From Octopus sinensis (Eukaryota), in assembly GCF_006345805.1 (NCBI RefSeq), contig NC_043004.1, positions 44,764,001-44,828,000 of the forward strand: a stretch of 64,000 bases of DNA, read 5' to 3'. Every line of letters begins with the position of its first letter. Positions within the stretch are counted from its first letter, which is position 1. The position numbers were made by a program, and so were the translations under genes. A model generated the notes under the pieces. The model was not told the origin of the DNA and did not search any database. It saw only the letters and a list, made by a program, of their open reading frames with translations. Positions 55,801-64,000 of the stretch are shown here, one piece after another.

Positions 55801-56197
55801 GTGGAGGCGCAATGGGCCCAGTGGTTAGGGCAAGCGGACTCGCAGTCGTCTAGATCGCGGTTTCGATTCCCAGACCCGGGCGTTGTGAGTGTTTTATTGA
55901 GCGAAAACACCTAAAGCTCCACCAGGCTCCGGCAGGGATGGTGGTGATTCCCTGCTGAACTCTTTCAACCACAACTTTCTCTCACTCTTACTTCCTGTTT
56001 CTGTTGTACCTGTATTTCAAAGGGCCGTGCCTTGTCACTCTCTGTGTTACGCTGAATATCCCCCCGAGAACTACGTTAAGGGGACACGTGTCCTGTGGAG
56101 TGTGCTCAGCCACTTACACGTTATTAATTTCACGAGCAGTCTGTTCCGATGATCGGTCAAATGGAACCCTCGTCGTCGTAACCGACGGAGTGCTCCT
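55801..56197 (+). mobile_element. SINE with family D head and tail Y, 13-bp TSD
   Basis: ACAGTTTCTAATT at 55788-55800 and 56198-56210. Confidence 0.92.
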
Positions 56198-56512
56198 ACA
56201 GTTTCTAATTATCATTTTATCAACTAACAAGTGATCTTTTCTTACCCTTTTCGTTTCCGGCATGCTTTCTATTCTTCCGGTAGCAGATTATTACTTTCCA
56301 GATGGTTGTATAACTCTTCCGCCAACAAACACACCGGTCGTAAACTTCCACGTAAGTGGTCGACTTTGCCTTTTATCCTTTCGAGATCGATAAAATAAGT
56401 AGCACTTAAGTACTGGGGTCAATGTAAACGACTAACCTCTTCCCCTAAAAATTTCAAGCCTTATGCTAATAATAGAAAGGATTATTGTTATTATTATTAT
56501 TATTATTATTAC

Positions 56513-56554
<42 letters not shown>

Positions 56555-56973
56555 CATCATCATCATCATCCATCATCATCATCATCATTATTATTATTTA
56601 TTATTATTATTATTATATTATTATTATTAATTACTATTATTATCATCATCATTATTATTATTATATTATTATTATTATATTATTATTATTATATCAATCA
56701 TCATCATCATCATCATCATAAGGCGGTGAACTGGCAGAATCGTTAGCACGCTTACGGCATTTTGTCAGTCTTTATGTTCTGAGCTCAAATTCCGCTTTTC
56801 CTTCGATGTAATCGCTCAGCTCCTTCCCAACAAAACTGCTGGTTCTATGCAAAAGTTTAATCCATTACTATTATTACTAGTACTAGTTGCAGTTATCCTT
56901 TCTTTCTCGCAATATTATCATTTCTATATCCTTTCTTTCTTGCAAATGTTTCATTGTTGCGTCATCAGTATCC

Positions 56974-57201
56974 TATTTCTTTACTACCCACAAGGGGCTA
57001 AACACAGAGAGGACAAACAAGGACAGATAAACGGATTAAGTCAATTATATCGACCCCAGTGCGTAACTGGTACTTATTTAATCGACCCCGAAAGGATGAA
57101 AGGCAAAGTCAACCTCGGCGGAATTTGAACTCAGAACGTAACGGCAGACGAAATACGGCTACGCATTTCGCCTGGCATGCTAACGGTTCTGCCAGCTCGC
57201 C
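56974..57201 (-). mobile_element. SINE A with a perfect 17-bp TSD
   Basis: TTGCGTCATCAGTATCC at 56957-56973 and 57202-57218. Confidence 0.95.
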
Positions 57202-57269
57202 TTGCGTCATCAGTATCCGACTGCTCGATACCAAGTTACATCCCACTAAATTAAGTGACTCACACGTTT

Positions 57270-57605
57270 CTCATGGTTCGTGCAACATCCAAGCAAGCAG
57301 ACATTCTGTAAAATCAAGGATCTCACATCGATACCCGGCATCTTCAACCAACCATTTAACCGTGTGTTGCTGCTCTTCCTGAGACTCTCGTTACAATTGA
57401 GATAATGCAGGCGATTCCAAATTCTCTGAAGACCATATTTGTTGTTCCTGCATTTTATTTTTCTATTACATCACTTCATTTTTGTACCACTCAAGTATCA
57501 AATGAGCAAGCTACATCTATTCAATAACACGCTCTTTCTTCTTTATTATGACAATATCTGGGCGTGAATGTTTTATTTGTCTCTCCGAACTCGAAAGTCG
57601 ATTTT
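57270..57605 (-). mobile_element. RLE-LINE (R4/Dong/NeSL-like) endonuclease fragment
   Basis: RQIKHSRPDIVIIKKKE...DVACSFDT...LQNVCLLG. Confidence 0.72.
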
Positions 57606-57639
57606 TTCTGTATAGGAGATCATGTAATTCATTGCCTAC

Positions 57640-58300
57640 ATTCGCTTCAATAGTCACATATTGATAATACAAATTTCTTTTAAGCATATAGAATGCAAAA
57701 TTCAATAGTTCATTTAAAATATTACAATTATCTGCCATTCTTGGAACAGTAATTCAATTTTTTGTTTTTGAATTCACCCAGCACAGGTCTCATAAATTCA
57801 TTAGTTGCATGAGTATGTGGCATGTGATTCCCTTGCATAAGACTTGTCGCTACAAGATGTCATTTGAAAATATAATTTTAATGCACCCCACTGGCTAAAA
57901 ATTCATTTTACACAATTACGTTCCGCTAACCAACTTGTGTCTGAAAGGGGAATCAATTTTCACTAGTTCCTCGCTATCGTTGATTAATTTATAGATTTCC
58001 AAGCAAAATTCTATTCGCAATGTTGATCTGTGGAACCAGTTGTAAGTTTCTCTTCTTAACGGATTGTCAATATTAGAAGGTAATTCTTCACCAACCTGGG
58101 AACATGCTAAATGGAGAGAGTGACAAATACATTTTATGAGAATCGAGTTTGGATTTTCTAATTTCATTAACTTTTACAGAGAATTATTAATGCGGCAAAT
58201 GTTTGATGTGACGGCTGTTGAAATAGCAAGACAGCTGTAAATATTAATTCCCACATCACTTGAACATTTTTCACGACCTCAAGCAAAACTTTAGTTGTAG
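57640..58300 (-). mobile_element. hAT-superfamily transposase fragment
   Basis: KCICHSLHLACS (CxxH motif), ETYNWFHRS, a TRWL-like site, then IFSQW..LKLYF. Confidence 0.75.
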
Positions 58301-58521
58301 TTTTGGGGTATTAACCCTTCAAAATGTGATACAATTATATGTTCTCATTTCCTGAAATGTCTAATACAGAAAACATAGATGCTTTTCAGAAGTAGCATCA
58401 GCTGGTTCGTTCAAAGACAAGTGGAGCTGACAATTATATATTTTAAATATTTTGTTTCAATAAGAACGAAGCAATGATATTTTTTCACAAATGTTGTGAG
58501 TCATTTTTCTATGCAGTATCA

Positions 58522-58554
<33 letters not shown>

Positions 58555-58799
58555 GTGTGTGTGTGTGTGTGTGGTGTGTGTGAGAGAGAGAGAGAGAGAG
58601 AGTATTGGTATCCAGAAAACCCAAGATGGCAGGTAAGGCTATGGAAGTGCTGCGGGAGGACCGTAGTTAGACTCTCGATTCGATAATAATACGAATGATG
58701 AGTCTAATTCGGGTCTTGTGTGAGCATGTATAAGTTAAATAAAATGAGACAACAAAACTAAGGCTGTGTGAAATTTATAGGACATTTCTAAAGTGAAAG

Positions 58800-60700
58800 G
58801 TTGTCTTACAGCTGTTTCTGGGATGTTAGGGATATCCCTTCGTCAGAAACGATATGAGAGAGTTAACTATAGGGGAATAGTAGAGAGTCAATATAAAGAG
58901 TTATTTTGGGAAAGGATGGATGTAGGAAGTATGAAGGGAAACAAGAGAATAAAAATAAAAGTAGAAATATATGTAGGATGTTACAGTTGCAGTTCCGTTA
59001 TCCAAAGAAAGTTCAGTGTAGAATGGGTAGAAATGCTTCTTATCCATGGGATGTAGATTCCGCTAAGAGTTCATATTTCGTTATTACGAGTGGATAGTGT
59101 GGAGAAATAAATTCCATGTGCTGTTCATTCAAAGGGGTCTTGTGGTGTGAATGAAATTTTGAGAATGTACTGGTAGGGGTAAATAGATAGGGAAAAGTGT
59201 ATAGATATGTATGTTAGAAGGAGAATGGTATTAGTCACTAATTCATGAATGTATTTATGTATGTTTGTGTTTAAGTTAGTTGTAAGAATCGAGTAAAAAC
59301 AACCCAATATCTCAAATAGAATAACTACATACTTTCTATAAATTTAACTATATTATCATTACTTGAAGTGTTTCATTTTTTGTTTTTGTTTTTTTTTTGT
59401 TTTTTGCCTGAGGAGCAGTCGTAACATAGTTTATCAATAAAAAAAAATATTTTTTAAACGGTAACGGATATTTCGTTTAGTGGGGCAGGATAGCAAGTCG
59501 TAAACTTTCATGTGATCCAATTACTTACCTCAGGAAGATCAGCCAGGTTTTATTTTCCTATTAAAATTTGACTGTTAGAATTTTGTTTCATGAATGCATA
59601 TTGGTTTTATTTTTAATTTCTGTTCATATTATACGTTTAGCTTCTTAGTATTTGGTGATTTGTTTTCTACAGAGCATATTAGAAATGTATTGTTCAGTTT
59701 ACGCAATGTATATTGTGTCGGCCAGAGACTTAACCCGAATGCTTGCAGCAAAACAGATTCTGTCAAAGACACTTAAGCAGTCAGGTTGGTAGTGTTAAAT
59801 CGGGTGACATATCAGTCTACCATTCTACATATGAATAAGAATCTAATTTTTTTCTTTAAACACGCTTTTGCACTTTTTCTCTTATATGTTATAGTAGCTA
59901 CTGGCTGCTTTATCTGAAGATAGGTTACCTTCATTTGAAGATAGGTCACCTTTTTCTGAAGAGAGGTCACCTTTTTCTGGAGATATATAAGATGCTTATA
60001 CATTTTTAGGATATTGGAATAAGATAGATCGTTATTTTTGTACTTTTCATGAGGCTTTCTATGGAGAAGCGTCACCTGTCTTCGGCACTCAATGTCTAGG
60101 ACGTAAACCATGTTTATATTGACGGGAACAAATATTAAGGCCTAAATACTTGAATATACTCATAAATTCTGTCCTTGACATATCTCATGTGTAGCCTCGT
60201 GTGGTGTAAGATTGTACGTCCATTTCTGTATACAACCATATAACTTGAAGTTTTGAATTTTCTTTTCAGAATAATTCAACTCCTGCATCTCAGCTCTGTC
60301 GTCGTAGCTGTTTATGTTAACATCAAATATGTCACTCATGTATTTCATTTCTATGAATTCGTTATTGGAAAATAAATTTTGTAACTAGCATTATTATTTC
60401 GATATTGTTGCTGTTTGTGATACTGTGTTTCTTTCCGTATTCCATTACCTTTATCAAGTGGCCTTGGAAATTGACGGAGAGAACTTGGTGGTATCAAATT
60501 GAATAAAATTTTGCTCCAGATATTGTTGATTTAGATAGCTATGGCGATGCTGATATTCCGTTGTGGTTTGTCGGTTTCCTAATTGCATCACTGATGGTGC
60601 AGTGAAATTATATTTGAGGTCATTAAGTGTAATATAAGCATGTTGCTTTGATAACTGTCTTATCTACCTAATTTTAGTTTATGTGTTACTTTTCTTTCTG
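58800..60700 (-). mobile_element. Decayed Penelope-like element of a second lineage (RT remnant plus 3' hammerhead)
   Basis: Across frameshifts: AYITLNDLKYNF (AFITLKDHKPNF-like), FDTTKFSPSISK (FDI..FYPSIS), FDVNINSYDDRAEMQEL (FDVTMGSYDGAE.CEL), NMVYVLDI...RKP. Confidence 0.7.
58803..58850 (-). ncRNA. Hammerhead ribozyme motif with palindromic stem III
   Basis: GTTT-CTGACGA-A-GGGAT(atccctaac)ATCCC-A-GAAA-CAGCTGT-A-AGAC; intact core, GUA site, one extra A before GAAA. Confidence 0.72.
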
Positions 60701-61676
60701 ATTACATAGTAGGCAACATTAGAAACGGCAAAGTAGTTAAAAGAAGACGGTGGATAACCGATTTCTAACAAAACAGCAACAGAAACTCGTCAACCACAAA
60801 GACGTTCGAATTTAGTTCCCGAAAATGCCCAACGCGTATCAACAATAGTGACTACGTTGAAGTTAAATTTTCAAACAAAAAGCAGCAAGGCAAGGTGGAA
60901 GAGAAATGGTGTTATCCGAATTGGTTAATAAGAGAGAAAGAAAGTCATTTTACATACATACATAAATAGATATAGGCATACGTGCGTGCGTGCATTTTGT
61001 GTGTGTGTGTGTGTGTGTAAAACATTTAATAGCAATTTGATTCAGTTCTATATAACTTAAAGATTCGTAGGCTTACCAAACGAATCTATTTGATCAGACT
61101 CTTAGAATCCAAATGAATCAAGCCGATATGGTTTCTGGATGTTGGGTCACTATTGATCAGCATAGTGTTATCAATTTGGTAACATCAGTTCAGAGTGTAT
61201 TCAATCTATACCCCAGGGATCACGTTCTGGAACAGGCTGTTGGTGGCGACTTTCAGCCTAGAATGTAGGGTGGGATTTGTTAACGAAATCAGTGTGCTGG
61301 TGTGTGTGCGTATGTGTGTACATGATGTGTGATTGTATACTTCTAGTTTGTGTGCGTATGTACATTCTGCGCGTGCATCTGGTAAGTGTATGTGTGTATC
61401 TGCTGTGCAGAAGACTCTCTGTCGTGTGTGTTTGTGTCTGCATGTGTGTATGTGTGTGTGTGTGTTTTAGTACGTTAGTTCGTTGATGTGTGTACCTGAT
61501 ATGTGAGTGCATATATCTGATATGTCTACGTTTGTATCTGCTGTGTGTATGCATGCAGGTCGGGTACGTGTGCAGAAACGTTAGCGCGCCGGGCGAAATG
61601 CTTAACGGTATTTGGTCTGCTGCTACGTTCTGAGTTCAAATTCCGCTAAGTACGACTTTGCCTTTCATCCTTTCGG

Positions 61677-61776
61677 NNNNNNNNNNNNNNNNNNNNNNNN
61701 NNNNNNNNNNNNNNNNNNNNNNNNNNNNNNNNNNNNNNNNNNNNNNNNNNNNNNNNNNNNNNNNNNNNNNNNNNNN
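61677..61776. other. Assembly gap (100 N) truncating a SINE A copy (61570-61676)
   Basis: Run of N. The true distance across the gap is unknown. Confidence 0.99.
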
Positions 61777-62119
61777 TCTCTCTCCCTCTCTCTCTCTCTC
61801 TGAACATATCCGCTCTCTCCCTCTCTCTCTCTCTCTCTGAACATATCCGCTCTCTCGTCTCTCCCTTCCCTCTCTTCTCTCTCTCTCCCTCTCTCTCTCT
61901 CTCTCTGAAATATCCGCTCTCTCTTCTCCCCTCCCTCCTCTCTTCTCTTTCTCTCTTCTCTCTCCTCTCTCTTCTCTCTCCCCTCTCCCTCCCTCTCTCT
62001 CTCTCTCTGAACATAACCGCTCTTTCCTCTCTCTCTTCTCTGTCTCTCTATTTCCATCCTCCTCTCTCTCTCTCCCTCTCTCTCTTTCTCACATTTTATT
62101 CTACGAAAAATCACATATC

Positions 62120-64000
62120 AAATGGCCAGAAGGCCACATCCTTTCCGGAATGTCACTGCATGAACAAAAGCATGTAGAGTCATTACTTGAACTTACTAAT
62201 AAGCTATTCGCGGAGCAATTGTTACTCAGGCAATCAGGTGAAATACATATTGGATCTCTGCTTCACAAATAATGTGGACCTTATCCATAATGTGAAGGTG
62301 ACACCAACAGCACTCTCAGATCACAACATTGTTGAACTAACGATGTATGGTCCTGAGCGAACTGCTGGTATCTACCCTATCAGGAGAACTCAAATCTTAT
62401 CCAACGAGAATTTCTGTAAAGCAAAATGGGAATCAATCCACAAAGAGATCCACAAACAGAACTGGTTCAATATTCTACGTATGCAAGTCAGTTTGTGTCA
62501 AACGTGCAAGCCGAATACACTAAATATACATCCAGAAAGAAAGGCTAGCATACTGGCAAACAAGATTCCCAGAGACAGAAAAATCCTTATGAGACGTAGG
62601 TCAAAGGACTCAGATCGGCTGAATAGACAACTGAAGGATAAGAAGAAGTCTTAATACGGACACTCCTAGGAATCGAAAGCAAAATCAAACTCTCTCACGA
62701 AAGGGAAAGAACAGAGAGAGGGAGAGAGAGGGAGAGAGAGAGAGAGAAGATAGATGTAAAAAGCATAAAAAAAAATAAATCCCAAGGCTTTCTATAAGGT
62801 TGCAAAGGAAAGCGTCACAATACAATATAGAATAGGACCATTATTCCGAGGGAATGACTCACTGACCGCAGACCCAGGAAGGATAAGTGAGATACTCAGT
62901 GAACAATTTAAGAGTGTCTTCACATCCCCCCTTTGGACACATGCAGGTAAAAAATCCTGCTGATGTAACAGCGGCCAAAGATAAAATGAGCTCATGCCCC
63001 GCAACTGGTCCTGATGGCTTCCCAGCTATTCTCCTGAAGCAGGCGTTAGTGTGAATGGTAAACTTTCGATATACAAGTGGGTCAAGATAACCAACATGCA
63101 GTTTAATGCTGGAAAATTTCAAGCACTGAACTATCAACTCACGAATGCACTACAGCCTGCATATACAAGACTCGAAGGCACTACAATCCCAGAGTCACAA
63201 GCAGTGAAAGACTTGGGATCAGTATGTGCAATGTCGAATCATTTTATATGCAAATTACCAAGCTGGCAGCAAAGTCCAGATATCTGGCAGGATGGATACT
63301 GTGGTCCTTTAGGGCAAGAGACCAAGAAACTATGTTGACTCGGTGAAAAATATTTGTTCTCAGCTGCTTGGACTACTGCGCCTAATTATGGTCACCACAT
63401 AGTGCCAAACTACCAGCAGAGCTTGAAGCAGTCCATCGTCACTGCACTAAAAATTAAAACAGTGCAGCGGATGAGCTACAGGATAGGCTGAGAAAACTGC
63501 AGCTTTGCTCCCTGGAGCGAAGGCGTGAGGGTTATGCAATGATCTACATATGGAAAACTCCAGAAGGGCTAGTACCTAATTTCGGCATTGAGCGTTATAC
63601 AAATGCCATAACTGTCCGCCGTTGTATTGTACCAAACGTAACATGTATTCTATATAAATTCAGGACCAGGTACTGCAATAGTCCAGGGTTCAAAGGCCCA
63701 CATCTCTTCAATGCTCTGGCACAAAAATTTATAAATCTGCATAAGGTGGAAGTACATGTCTCCAAAAAGGAACTAGACGTCTTCCACTCCACAATACCGG
63801 ATGAACCAACAGTCCAACATGAGATGCAGGCGAGGGCAGCGAAATCAGAGCCCCTTATACACCGAATTGACCAACAACTGAGATAAAGGCACATACAGGA
63901 GTAATGTGAAACCTCCCAGACTGAGGAAATCAGAAAGACCACGGTGGTGCTCCATCATGACTACAGTTGCATGGCTGAAACGAGTAAAAGAGTAAAAGAG
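62120..64000 (+). mobile_element. CR1/L2-group LINE with internal deletion of most of RT, ending in a SINE B-like tail
   Basis: APE end ILDLCFTNN.DLI.NV...LSDH; NPKAFYK; GPDGFPAILLK joined directly to MQFNAGKFQ; VKDLG; SLERRRE.YAMIYIWK..EGLVPN; tail GGTGGTGCTCCATCATGACTACAGTTGCATGGCTGAAACGAGTAAAAGAG. Confidence 0.88.

Noticed and set aside
57517-57738. Apparent hAT-RLE fusion protein ORF
   Set aside because: Chance in-frame junction of two decayed elements; both parts have stops and frameshifts just outside the ORF.

Overview
AT-rich eukaryotic repeat-dense DNA with no host protein-coding gene that I can identify. The extreme (AT)n/(GATA)n/(TACA)n microsatellite load and the SINE set look like a cephalopod (Octopus-like) genome; this is inference, not a database result. 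Nearly all listed ORFs are microsatellite artefacts or transposon remnants. Recognisable content: several tRNA-derived SINE families (my labels A-D) with interchangeable heads and tails; decayed LINEs (RTE, CR1/L2-like, Tx1/L1, R4/Dong-like); at least four Penelope-like element (PLE) remnants; Tc1, mariner, maT-like and hAT transposase relics; many palindromic or foldback elements; and one 100-N gap. Most notable: (1) a full-length 5S rRNA copy joined to a tRNA-SINE, with a 9-bp direct repeat around the whole unit, suggesting one chimeric retrotransposition; (2) five minimal hammerhead-ribozyme motifs with palindromic stem III, two of them in the arms of a 500-bp palindrome; (3) a LINE whose 3' tail matches the dominant SINE tail; (4) a Tx1-like LINE inserted into a SINE A-box; (5) a 3x tandem SINE+(GATA)n array; (6) an old collinear duplication with about 8 kb spacing. 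All alignments, translations and boundaries were done by eye, so ends of decayed elements are approximate.
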